Under the pieces are notes generated by a model that was not told the DNA's origin, ran no database searches, and was given only the letters and a program-made list of their open reading frames with translations. The translations under genes were made by a program, and so were the position numbers. Below are positions 39,603 to 48,352 of a stretch of DNA of 64,000 bases, piece by piece. This stretch comes from an uncultured Ruficoccus sp. (GTDB lineage: Bacteria; Verrucomicrobiota; Verrucomicrobiia; Opitutales; Cerasicoccaceae). The DNA lies in contig OZ223481.1 in the NCBI GenBank assembly GCA_965140785.1, positions 448,001 to 512,000 of the forward strand. Reading direction: 5' to 3'. Numbering within the stretch: the stretch's first letter is position 1; every line of letters begins with the position of its first letter.

Positions 39603-40346
39603 CTACCAGCTCACGACCCATCGAACGGGTATCTGTTCGGTGCCGTTGTCGCAGTTGGGGCAGGGATACCAGCGGTCGGGGGATTTCCCTTTTTCGATCT
39701 CGCCCCGCAAGCTGCCTTTGCCGTGGCAGAGGGGGCACGGGATGGCTTCGACATCGTAAATGATCAGCGTCCTTTTCCTGTCCCGAAGGATTGAAGTAAA
39801 ATCCGTTTGGCTCAGGCCGTTGCCAGACGGATTAATGTCCGGGGTCCATTCCTGTACTCTGCGTACGGTGCGAGTTGCTCCAATCACGCTCATGTATTGA
39901 TATGTCCCTGCGTCGAAATAGTAGAGGTAGACTTCTTGATCGTCTAAGACCTTGCGGGAATCACCCAACACCAGCGCAACCACTTCGCTGCCATTCGATC
40001 TGGGAGTGGCCAGACTGGGAGCGCCCTTGTAGGGGCTGGCCTGAAAGACTTTAAAGTACCCCTGTTTAGGATAATGGTCAGGGAGAATGATGGGGACATC
40101 GCCGGGGGCGAGATACTGCTTTTGCCAGAGATGAAACAGGCGCAGCAGGGTTTCGCGGGGGTATTTGCTGCTTCCGGTTTCGCCAACCCGAAACTCTCTA
40201 ACGTCCATACGCGCTTCGAAGGACGGGGGTGAACCATAATTTGTCGGGTGGCCTGTCAACGTATCGCCCGCTAGGGGCGAGGTCGCGAAGCTGGCCAGCA
40301 CTACAAGATTGCGCAACAGCATTAACATTCTATTTCCGTCACTCAC
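39603..40346 (-). CDS. Secreted hypothetical protein with a C-terminal DnaJ-like Zn finger
   Basis: Signal peptide; CPLCHGKG...CPNCDNG. Confidence 0.7.
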   Translation of the reverse strand: MSDGNRMLMLLRNLVVLASFATSPLAGDTLTGHPTNYGSPPSFEARMDVREFRVGETGSSKYPRETLLRLFHLWQKQYLAPGDVPIILPDHYPKQGYFKVFQASPYKGAPSLATPRSNGSEVVALVLGDSRKVLDDQEVYLYYFDAGTYQYMSVIGATRTVRRVQEWTPDINPSGNGLSQTDFTSILRDRKRTLIIYDVEAIPCPLCHGKGSLRGEIEKGKSPDRWYPCPNCDNGTEQIPVRWVVSW

Positions 40347-41080
40347 TTTGATTTATCCTTCACGCCCTGAGGCTTCTTGGCCAAGTCCTTGAATTTATCG
40401 AAATAAGGCTGGAAAACAGCTTCCAACCAAAGGCGGTTCGCCATGCGCTGGGCAGCGGCTCCACCTGCGGAAGAGGACGCTTGGGCATAATTGCCAAGGT
40501 CGCTCTCAAGCGAAGACTGGATAAACGCGATTCTCTCCAACAGGTTCTCAGCCTCTATCTTGACCACGTAGCCGCAATAGCGCCGGTAAATGCCGGGGTC
40601 CACATCTGTTCTCTCCCCGCTCACATGGGTGTGATTAGCCCTTCTGCTGGCTTCCGTGTATTTGACGGGTTGCGGGATTGTATTGGCGGGAAAGTCGTTG
40701 ATGAGTGTCTGAATCTTTGCCTCAAGCGCTTCGTGCTGCTGGCGTTTCTGCTCGACGAACTTCCGTGTGGGAGCATCGAGCATTTCCAGCGGAATTGTTA
40801 CCTTCATTGGGTCTCCTTTCACATCCCGGTAGTCCAACCGCTCAACGATTACGGATGTATCATCGGCAGAGATATAAATGCCCTGAATCGAACGCCCATC
40901 GACAGAAGTAAACGTATCAGCGGGAGCGGCTTCCTCAGTATTCCCTTGGGCCGCATGCAAGGGGTAGAGAGAAGTTAGCAGGATCAGGACACCCACAGGA
41001 TACATTTTCAAATGCCGTAATTTCATCGGGAGGGATGGCATATTTGCGCTTCCCGTATGGGGCACGCTGTATGAGTTCAT
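40343..41080 (-). CDS. Secreted hypothetical protein with an SHD1-like motif
   Basis: Signal peptide (..YPLHA); TFTSVDGRSIQG..IPLEML; GTGA overlap with the next gene; start uncertain. Confidence 0.65.
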   Translation of the reverse strand: MNSYSVPHTGSANMPSLPMKLRHLKMYPVGVLILLTSLYPLHAAQGNTEEAAPADTFTSVDGRSIQGIYISADDTSVIVERLDYRDVKGDPMKVTIPLEMLDAPTRKFVEQKRQQHEALEAKIQTLINDFPANTIPQPVKYTEASRRANHTHVSGERTDVDPGIYRRYCGYVVKIEAENLLERIAFIQSSLESDLGNYAQASSSAGGAAAQRMANRLWLEAVFQPYFDKFKDLAKKPQGVKDKSK

Positions 41081-41180
41081 CCCGTTTTTTAGCCCGCTAG
41101 TTAGATGACAGGCAACCTAAAAATGCTACGTATATGGTGTAGATGTATTTGCATCAAAAAGATATTCTACCTGCGCAAGC

Positions 41181-41411
41181 ATGGGGACAGAGGCAAAGAA
41201 GGAGTTACGACAACTTGGCGAGGCGATTCGAGTCGCCCGCAAGCAGATGAATGTTAGCCAAGAAGACTTTGCCGAATGGTGCGACCTTCACCGAACCTAC
41301 ATCGGCCATGTCGAGCGTGGAGAGGTCAATGTCTCGTTCAGGAATGTCCTGAAGATCGCCGCCGCGTTGAAGATGAAGCCTTCTGTCTTGCTGGATGCGG
41401 CGAATCTTTGA
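41181..41411 (+). CDS. XRE-family HTH regulator (C-protein-like)
   Basis: IRVARKQMNVSQEDFA..LHRTYIGHVERGEVN. Confidence 0.9.
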   Translation: MGTEAKKELRQLGEAIRVARKQMNVSQEDFAEWCDLHRTYIGHVERGEVNVSFRNVLKIAAALKMKPSVLLDAANL

Positions 41412-41685
41412 TCGATGTTTGCTCCCTGTGCTTCTGTAAGCAGCGGACAAATTCATCTTCTGTGATTCTCACAGCCCATACCTCTCCTAGAAATTCGGCA
41501 TCTGGGGCAATATTATGGGTAACGTTCAAAACCTTGAAGTAACCTTGATCGTAAATTTCGATCTCTTCGCCTTGGCATGGTAGTCGAAGAACCTCATAAT
41601 ATTCATGGTTCTTCCAGACTGTCGAACCCGGTTCATGGGTGTGGAGGTATATTTTTACCGTAGGTATCATATGGTTGTTTTTCAT
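41338..41685 (-). CDS. Hypothetical protein
   Basis: Starts 4 bp after the terL stop; its 3' end overlaps the XRE gene. Confidence 0.55.
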   Translation of the reverse strand: MKNNHMIPTVKIYLHTHEPGSTVWKNHEYYEVLRLPCQGEEIEIYDQGYFKVLNVTHNIAPDAEFLGEVWAVRITEDEFVRCLQKHREQTSIKDSPHPARQKASSSTRRRSSGHS

Positions 41686-41689
41686 AATT

Positions 41690-43018
41690 TTATGCTAGCG
41701 CTATGGTTGACCTTGGCCGGTGATAGAGGGCTCCCAGCACGGCGTCAGCCCGATCCGGGGAAGACAGGCCGCGTGCGTGTAGTTGCGCCTTGGGTTCGAT
41801 CTGGACCTGTCCCCGGCTGTTAAGGGTGTACTGACGCGAGACAAGCTGCTCGTGGAGGAGTTTATCGGGCGGAAGGATGATTCCCCCTGTCTTAATCTTT
41901 TCCGCCCCTTCCAGCCAAATCTCTGTCCCCATATTGGCGTAGGCTTCGCTGTTCTTGGCCGGTTTCTCGTTGCGGATGCGGTTCACCTTCCACCCCTCTT
42001 CTTTCAGGCGGTCGCAGATGGGGATTCCGAGCCCGGAGCCATCGGCGCTGATATCTTGGGGCGTGAGCCCATGTTCGCGGAAGAGGCGGATGAACTCTCC
42101 GACTGCGGACATGGTGTCCCGCTCCCGCCATGCCTTGGCGATCTGGACGCGATTGCCGCGCCGGATAGCCAGGACATTTTCATCGCCCCCTGCCGCGAAG
42201 TCACAGAAGGCGTGTGTCTCGCCATCGGTGAAGGGGGTTTGCGCCTGTAGACACTGCTCAAGCGCGGATAGGGGGACAACGCAGCGGTCCCCGTCCTGTT
42301 CGGGGAACTCCGCATGGATCATGCTGCGAACGAGCGGGCTGTCTTCCCCGTATTTTTCAATCTGTTCGTCGATCCATTTCTGGGGGATATGCGGGCAGTC
42401 AAAGGAGGTTACCGTGAAAGGACGGAAGAAGCGACGCTCGGTGGTAAATGCCCGGTAGAACTTGCCCCGGCGCGGGCCGGGCGAACTCATCAGGAGGACA
42501 CGCGTGGGCTGGCAGCGGTCTATCGCCTCAAAGATTTCATCGGGGATGGACTTGGCTTCGTCGCAGATGACGAGGAGGTTGTCGTTGTGCCAGCCTTCGA
42601 AGCGCCCCGGATCATCAGTCGAAAAGCCGTAGATGCGTGACCCTGTGGGCGTCTCGACTTCGGTTTCCAGAAATTTCCAGTGCGGGAAAAGGTGCTGATA
42701 GGCGCGGATGCCGGGATAGAACTGTTCCTTGACCTGACGGAAGACGCCCGCCGTAACCAGCGTCATACTGCCGGGGAATACGGCAGCATGCCAGAGTGCG
42801 AGCGGGACACCTAGGCTGGAGGTCTTGCCCGTGCCGTTTCCCGCCTTGATGGCAACGGAGCTTCCCCGCTTATCCAGCGCCGCTAGGGCGTCCTGCTGCC
42901 ATGGGTATAGCTCCATGCCCAAAACGCCTCTGGCGAAGCCGTAGGGCAGGTGTAGGAGGCTTGCAGGGTCATTCGCTGTCGGTGCTGCTGCCTTCATAGC
43001 GCTTTCTGGCCTCCGCAA
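41690..43018 (-). CDS. terL: Phage terminase large subunit
   Basis: YPWQ, Walker A AGNGTGKT, Walker B VICDEA, SSPG, nuclease DFAAGGD, DGSGLG, SPDRADA. Confidence 0.88.
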   Translation of the reverse strand: MRRPESAMKAAAPTANDPASLLHLPYGFARGVLGMELYPWQQDALAALDKRGSSVAIKAGNGTGKTSSLGVPLALWHAAVFPGSMTLVTAGVFRQVKEQFYPGIRAYQHLFPHWKFLETEVETPTGSRIYGFSTDDPGRFEGWHNDNLLVICDEAKSIPDEIFEAIDRCQPTRVLLMSSPGPRRGKFYRAFTTERRFFRPFTVTSFDCPHIPQKWIDEQIEKYGEDSPLVRSMIHAEFPEQDGDRCVVPLSALEQCLQAQTPFTDGETHAFCDFAAGGDENVLAIRRGNRVQIAKAWRERDTMSAVGEFIRLFREHGLTPQDISADGSGLGIPICDRLKEEGWKVNRIRNEKPAKNSEAYANMGTEIWLEGAEKIKTGGIILPPDKLLHEQLVSRQYTLNSRGQVQIEPKAQLHARGLSSPDRADAVLGALYHRPRSTIALA

Positions 43019-43400
43019 TCGCGTTCAGTGTGGTCTCATCGATCCCCAGCCGATGATTGATCGTCCCCTCGTGCCGGTGGGCAACCTCTAGGCGGCTCTT
43101 GGCGAAGTGTTCCGGGCGCACATGCTCCAGCCACCATTTGGCGGCGCTCAGGTCTCCGGCGTCTATCGCTTCCCGTATCGCCTTCAGGCGGGTTGCCACG
43201 CCCCTAGCCAACGCCTTGTCTATGGCCTCAGAAAACTCAGGAAACTTCCGCCGCCATTCGCAGAAGGTCTCATAGGAAATCCCTGCCAGCGCCGCCGCAT
43301 CCTTTAGGGGGAGCCCGTCCCCGATGTGTTCAAGGATGTCCTTGGTCAAGGCGGGCGTCCGCTTCGACGGCCTGCCGCATTTTCTGGTTTTCGTACGCAT
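42969..43400 (-). CDS. terS: Terminase small subunit-like HTH protein
   Basis: GRPSK..HTH AAALAGISYETFCEW..PEFSEAI..AAKWWLE; directly upstream of and overlapping terL. Confidence 0.75.
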   Translation of the reverse strand: MRTKTRKCGRPSKRTPALTKDILEHIGDGLPLKDAAALAGISYETFCEWRRKFPEFSEAIDKALARGVATRLKAIREAIDAGDLSAAKWWLEHVRPEHFAKSRLEVAHRHEGTINHRLGIDETTLNAIAEARKRYEGSSTDSE

Positions 43401-43418
43401 TTTGAACCCGGTGCAAAT
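43398..43418. repeat. 21-bp repeat CATTTTGAACCCGGTGCAAAT (copy 2), containing the terS start codon
   Basis: 20/21 identical to 38241..38261. Confidence 0.8.
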
Positions 43419-43572
43419 TTTGGAAGTTAAAGCGGGCTGCCTATGCCACCTTAACTTACGCAACCCCTACCGGGTTAATAATGTCCGCCAGAAATAGTGT
43501 CAATACATATTGTTGATAGCAAACAGTATGTAACAGATTAGTTGTCAATGGCCGCCTTGTCTTGTCAGGCGT

Positions 43573-45480
43573 TCAGCTCTGTTGAATCTGATAAATGTTC
43601 GGCTTTCTTGTCGGGCGTAATTTATCCAGAGAGAGCCGCTTAAGGTCCAAGCCATAATCGACTTTCTCAATGGCGGTCTTGAGATATTTAATAGTGGGAG
43701 CCTTTTTGTGGATATAATTACTCCTCATCGCATGTTCAAAGAACTTCCTTTCTTGGGTGGACCAGCCGCATAGGGCATCAATGATTCCCAGCTCAAGACC
43801 TGCCTCATGACATGCCGTTGCAAACGTATGCCTAAAGGAATGGAAAACGAGTTCTCGGGTTTTTATTGAGGCGAGCTTTTTAAGGACAACTTCATTGAAC
43901 CATCGCGATACGCCTTGGGGGCGTAGGTTTGGGAAAAGTCTTTGGGAGGTAGGCTCAATGTTTCGTTTGTAATCCATCAAGCCGAGAGCCAGTAGCTTGC
44001 TATGAACGGGAACAACCCTCACGCTGCCCGGTGTTTTTGCTGACTGTCCTTCCTTCGCGTTCGTGATCGAAAAACTGTAAATCTTGTCCTGCTCGACGAT
44101 CTGATCGCAATGAAGCTGGCAAATCTCGCCAAGACGGGCTCCCGTGTAGAGCGCGATTAGGGGCACCCAGAAATATCCGTTATGGATGATGTGATTGCCC
44201 GGACAATTTCGTCGTTTAAGGTTTTTGCAACCGGTGTAGGAGGGGACGGAGAATATCTTCCTGAGCATGTCTGCCTTGAAGGGTTCTCGGACTATGGAGG
44301 CGCTAGCTGTATCTCTCCGGGCATTATTCGTGAATCTGTAGTTCGTTGCCCAACACTTATCGATCAGTCCGGTTTCTTCTGCGAACATGAATGCTCCCCG
44401 TATCCTTCCGAGGGAATTATTGACCGTGTAGTTGTTTCGCCGTGTATCGCCGTCTTTATCTGCGATCTTGATGCATTCTCCATACGATTTACCGAGATAT
44501 TTCTTTCCCGTTCTCGGGGGTAACGCCGCGATCTGCTTTTTTATCAACTGAAAATCATCATAGGTCAGGGTCTTGATGTCTTTGTCTCCAAGGAATTCCA
44601 CCATGACCTCCTTTGAGGTATTCAAATCCGTGCGGATTTTTTTAGAAATTTTTCCTTCTCCCTCAGACTTCTTATACTCTTCGTAGCGTGTGAACAACTG
44701 GGAGATCGTGACCTTTGGCCTTAGCGCTTCATCTGCGATGTGCTCTTGAGGGACTGAAGCGACCATGGCGGCTTCAAGCTTTGCCAATTCCTTGGGGTAG
44801 AAGGGGGTGCTCAAGCGCTTGTCGAGGCAATCCAGCTCCCATCTATGGCATTCGTCCAAGATGCTCCACATGAGGCGGGACAGCTTCTTAAAGCATTTCC
44901 CATCCTCTCGAAGGTGGATATTGTTATCCAAGCAAATTTGCTTGGCCGCTATGACATGCGGCAAGTCGTCATGCCTGCGCCGTCGATTCGAGTGAAGGTC
45001 GTGTAACTCTTGGTGGAGATCGGCCTTGAAGTCCTGAACCTTGCCGGAGACATACTCGGATTCCTTTTCATCTATGGCGATGTCGATAAAATTGAGGAGC
45101 ACATCCCTTTCATTGCTGAACCAATTTTCAAACCACTCATCGATCATCGCGAATAGCTGAGATAGCGGGACTGCATCTATCGGTGCGATTTCCGCGAGTT
45201 TGGCTGTCAATTTGGCATGATGGGAAAGGATATTCTGCCTAAACGGGTGGCGTGGCTGCTGAGTCAGCCTGCGGGCGTCTTCGATCTGCTGATCGAATGT
45301 GGAGAGATTCTTCCGGTGCTGCTTTTCAATCTCTGCGGCAGGTCCGCCGCCTATCTGGACTGTGAGGTATTTTTTACCGATTACGGGCTGCACATCGGCA
45401 GGGACGGGATAGCGGCTGAAGTAGGCTTTTCGTTGCTTGCGAAACGTCAAATATTTGGCCTTGGGCACGGCTTCTTCCAT
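43573..45480 (-). CDS. Tyrosine integrase/recombinase with a long N-terminal region
   Basis: YTGARLGEICQL, KT..S.R.VPVH, FHSFRHTF, GW...Y; adjacent to tRNA-Glu. Confidence 0.92.
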   Translation of the reverse strand: MEEAVPKAKYLTFRKQRKAYFSRYPVPADVQPVIGKKYLTVQIGGGPAAEIEKQHRKNLSTFDQQIEDARRLTQQPRHPFRQNILSHHAKLTAKLAEIAPIDAVPLSQLFAMIDEWFENWFSNERDVLLNFIDIAIDEKESEYVSGKVQDFKADLHQELHDLHSNRRRRHDDLPHVIAAKQICLDNNIHLREDGKCFKKLSRLMWSILDECHRWELDCLDKRLSTPFYPKELAKLEAAMVASVPQEHIADEALRPKVTISQLFTRYEEYKKSEGEGKISKKIRTDLNTSKEVMVEFLGDKDIKTLTYDDFQLIKKQIAALPPRTGKKYLGKSYGECIKIADKDGDTRRNNYTVNNSLGRIRGAFMFAEETGLIDKCWATNYRFTNNARRDTASASIVREPFKADMLRKIFSVPSYTGCKNLKRRNCPGNHIIHNGYFWVPLIALYTGARLGEICQLHCDQIVEQDKIYSFSITNAKEGQSAKTPGSVRVVPVHSKLLALGLMDYKRNIEPTSQRLFPNLRPQGVSRWFNEVVLKKLASIKTRELVFHSFRHTFATACHEAGLELGIIDALCGWSTQERKFFEHAMRSNYIHKKAPTIKYLKTAIEKVDYGLDLKRLSLDKLRPTRKPNIYQIQQS

Positions 45481-45592
45481 GGGCTAATTGTTACCAGATT
45501 TGTAACCAACGCCAAGGAGATAGCTTTCGTAAGAAGCTGGTTTCCAACAACCTGTTGATGCCCAAAAACTTTTGCCACTTAAACTTGAAAAG

Positions 45593-45670
45593 TGGCGTCC
45601 CCACGGGGATTCGAACCCCGGTCGCTGGAATGAAAATCCAGTGTCCTAGACCTGACTAGACGATGGGGAC
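45593..45670 (-). tRNA. tRNA-Glu (TTC)
   Basis: GTCCCCA acceptor stem, CTGGA-TTTTCAT-TCCAG anticodon arm, GTTCGAATC, CCA end. Confidence 0.97.
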
Positions 45671-45806
45671 TTAGCCAGTTGGAAGCGGATGAAGTTAGGG
45701 CGTATCGGGGTGGGCGCAAGGATTTTTTTGCAGGAATTTAAAAAAGTGCAGGGGCGGGCAATTCCGCGTTTGCTCCCGGGGGCGCGGGCACCTATGCAAA
45801 GGGGCC

Positions 45807-46724
45807 ATGACGTTTGACGAAGTCAAGGCGGCTCTGCCCCGGCAGGCCATGCGTGAAGTGACCGGTCTGCCCTACAGGCACATCGGCTCGGGCAAGGTGC
45901 GGGAGATTTACGATCTGGGCGAGGCGCTGCTGCTGATCGCCACCGACCGGCTCTCGGCTTTCGACGTGGTGCTGCCCGACGGCATCCCCGGCAAGGGCAT
46001 CCTGCTCACCCAGGCCAGCCTCTGGTGGTTTCGTCAGACCGAGGGACTCATCCCCAACCACCTTGTGCCCAACCACGACGCGGTTCTGCGCGAGACGCTG
46101 AAGGACTTCCCTCAGCTCGTCCCTTACAGCATGCTGGTCAAAAAGCTCGCTCCGGTCAAGCTGGAGGCCGTTGTGCGCGGTTATCTCGCCGGGAGCGGGT
46201 GGAAAGACTACAAGCAGACCGGCCAGCTTTTCGGTCTCGACCTGCCCGCCGGTTTGCAGGAAAGCTCGGCCCTGCCCGAGCCGCTCTTTACCCCGACGAC
46301 GAAGGCGGACGAGGGTCACGACCTGCCGGTAGGCGAAACCGAAGCCAAGGCCATTGTCGGGAGCGCGACCTACGAGCAGATCAAGGCCGTCAGTCTGGAG
46401 ATTTTCCGTATGGGTACTGAGAAGGCTGCCGCGTCCGGTCTCATCCTGGCCGACACGAAGTTCGAGTTCGGCACGGATACGGCGGGCTCGCTGTACCTGA
46501 TTGACGAGGTGCTGACGCCGGATTCCTCGCGCTACTGGCCGCAGGAGGATTACCAGCCGGGCCGCCCGCAGACCGCTTTTGACAAGCAATACGTGCGCGA
46601 CTACCTGGAGACGCTCAACTGGGGCAAAACCTATCCCGGTCCGAGCCTGCCGACCGAGGTTATCGCAAAGACCCAGGAGCGTTACCTGACCGCCCTGGAA
46701 AAGCTCTGGCAGAGCCTGCAATAG
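45807..46724 (+). CDS. purC: SAICAR synthase
   Basis: SGKVREIY, ATDRLSAFD, ADTKFEFG, DEVLTPDSSRYW, FDKQYVRD. Confidence 0.97.
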   Translation: MTFDEVKAALPRQAMREVTGLPYRHIGSGKVREIYDLGEALLLIATDRLSAFDVVLPDGIPGKGILLTQASLWWFRQTEGLIPNHLVPNHDAVLRETLKDFPQLVPYSMLVKKLAPVKLEAVVRGYLAGSGWKDYKQTGQLFGLDLPAGLQESSALPEPLFTPTTKADEGHDLPVGETEAKAIVGSATYEQIKAVSLEIFRMGTEKAAASGLILADTKFEFGTDTAGSLYLIDEVLTPDSSRYWPQEDYQPGRPQTAFDKQYVRDYLETLNWGKTYPGPSLPTEVIAKTQERYLTALEKLWQSLQ

Positions 46725-46732
46725 GGGGCATC

Positions 46733-47002
46733 TCATATCTCCGGCTGTCCGCGCGGGGCAGGGACCCCGGCGAGTTCGTCATGGGGGGTTGGCGCTGTCT
46801 TCCCTTTATCTCCTGTCGCATTAGGAGCCGCTTTTTGCTCCAAAGTCCATGTCCTCACCTCGATAATTCCTGATTCGCCTCGGTTCGAAGCCTGAATCTT
46901 GGCTCTAAGAATCAGCTTTTTCTGCTCGTTGCGTAATTTGAAGACAGGGCTTAGGCCTGCGAAGGTGAGCCGACGTATTGACGATAAAGGCACTTCATGC
47001 AT
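46733..47002 (-). CDS. Possible small hypothetical protein (89 aa)
   Basis: Only plausible ORF in the purC-ald gap; no motif recognised. Confidence 0.25.
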   Translation of the reverse strand: MHEVPLSSIRRLTFAGLSPVFKLRNEQKKLILRAKIQASNRGESGIIEVRTWTLEQKAAPNATGDKGKTAPTPHDELAGVPAPRGQPEI

Positions 47003-47044
47003 CCTGTTGTATGATAAACGTATAATTCCTAATTTATATCTCGG

Positions 47045-48148
47045 ATGAATCTCATTATTGGTGTCCCTACTGAAGTTAAGGAAAAAGAAAACCGGGTTGC
47101 CTGCACGCCGGGTAACGCCCATGCCCTGTGTGCACGGGGAGCGCGTGTGCTGGTGCAGGCTGGCGCGGGGGTTGGCAGCGGGTTCATGGACGAGGATTTT
47201 GTGGCAGCGGGGGCCGAGGTCGTCCCGGACGCCGAGGCGGTCTTTGGGCAGGCAGAGATGATCCTCAAGGTGAAAGAGCCCTTGAAGGAAGAGTTCGGGC
47301 GTTTTCGCGAGGGCCAGACGTTGTTCACGTATTTGCACCTGGCGGCGAATCCTGCCGTGGCTCAGATGCTCACGGAGCGGGGGGTCACGGCCATCGCGTA
47401 CGAGAGCGTGGTGGTGGGCGGACGCTTGCCGCTGCTTGAGCCCATGAGCGAAATCGCCGGTCGCATGTCGGCCCTGGTCGGCGCCTACTACCAGTCTTCG
47501 CCCTTGGGCGGAGCCGGTGTACTGGCCGGGGGGGTGCCGGGAGTCGCCCCGGCGAATGTGCTCGTGCTCGGGGGCGGCATTGCGGGCTTTAATGCCGCCC
47601 GGATGGCCGTGGGGATGGGGGCCGATGTCACGGTGATGGATATCAATGTGGAGAAAATGTGCGCCCTGGATGAGCACATGCAGGGACGGCTGAAGACGGT
47701 TTATTCCAGCGAACACAACCTGCGGGAGAGGCTTCCTGCAGTGGATATCCTGATCGGGGCGGTCCTGGTGCCGGGAGCGCGGGCTCCGCGCCTGGTCAAA
47801 CGCGACATGCTCAGGCTCATGCGGCCGGGGTCCGTATTCGTGGACATCGCTATCGACCAGGGTGGCTGTGCCGAAACCTCGCACCCGACCACCCACGGCC
47901 ATCCGGTCTTCGTGGAGGAGGGGGTCGTGCACTACTGCGTGGCGAATATGCCCGGCGCTTACGCCCGGACCGCCACGCTCGCCCTTACCAACGCCACTTT
48001 TCCCTACGTCCTTAAGCTGGTCGAACTGGGGCCGCAGGAGGCTATGCGCCAAATGCCCGCCCTGGCCGCAGGCCTGAACACCTGCGCCGGCAAAGTCGTT
48101 CACCCGGTCGTGGCCGAGGCCTTGAGCAGGGACGAAACCCCGTCCTGA
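47045..48148 (+). CDS. ald: Alanine dehydrogenase
   Basis: [39 protein letters not shown]. Confidence 0.96.
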   Translation: MNLIIGVPTEVKEKENRVACTPGNAHALCARGARVLVQAGAGVGSGFMDEDFVAAGAEVVPDAEAVFGQAEMILKVKEPLKEEFGRFREGQTLFTYLHLAANPAVAQMLTERGVTAIAYESVVVGGRLPLLEPMSEIAGRMSALVGAYYQSSPLGGAGVLAGGVPGVAPANVLVLGGGIAGFNAARMAVGMGADVTVMDINVEKMCALDEHMQGRLKTVYSSEHNLRERLPAVDILIGAVLVPGARAPRLVKRDMLRLMRPGSVFVDIAIDQGGCAETSHPTTHGHPVFVEEGVVHYCVANMPGAYARTATLALTNATFPYVLKLVELGPQEAMRQMPALAAGLNTCAGKVVHPVVAEALSRDETPS

Positions 48149-48186
48149 CGGTCCGGGCGGTCGGTGTGTCCGGAAATGAACAGGCC

Positions 48187-48352
48187 CTAGGCACTGTACG
48201 CAAACCTCTCAGGTCACATCCTCGTGTCTGTTTGGGTTTGAATTTCGTGTCCTCGGCTCGGCAATTCTCAAAATTGCCTCCCCTCGGAGCCCAAAATTCA
48301 ACCCCCAAAATCCACTTTGGCTGTTCGTTCCGAGGTTTGCGTCACGGCCTAG
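48187..48352. mobile_element. MITE-like element (about 166 bp) bounded by CTAG
   Basis: CTAGGCACTGTACGCAAACCTC ... GAGGTTTGCGTCACGGCCTAG inverted ends; internal hairpin. Confidence 0.6.

Larger units (their letters stand above)
33484..45607. mobile_element. About 12.1-kb integrative element (phage-satellite-like) at tRNA-Glu
   Basis: att direct repeats, integrase next to the tRNA, terS/terL, visibly AT-richer than the backbone. Confidence 0.88.

Noticed and set aside
33484..45607. Complete prophage
   Set aside because: No capsid, portal, tail or lysis genes recognisable in the 12 kb between the att sites.
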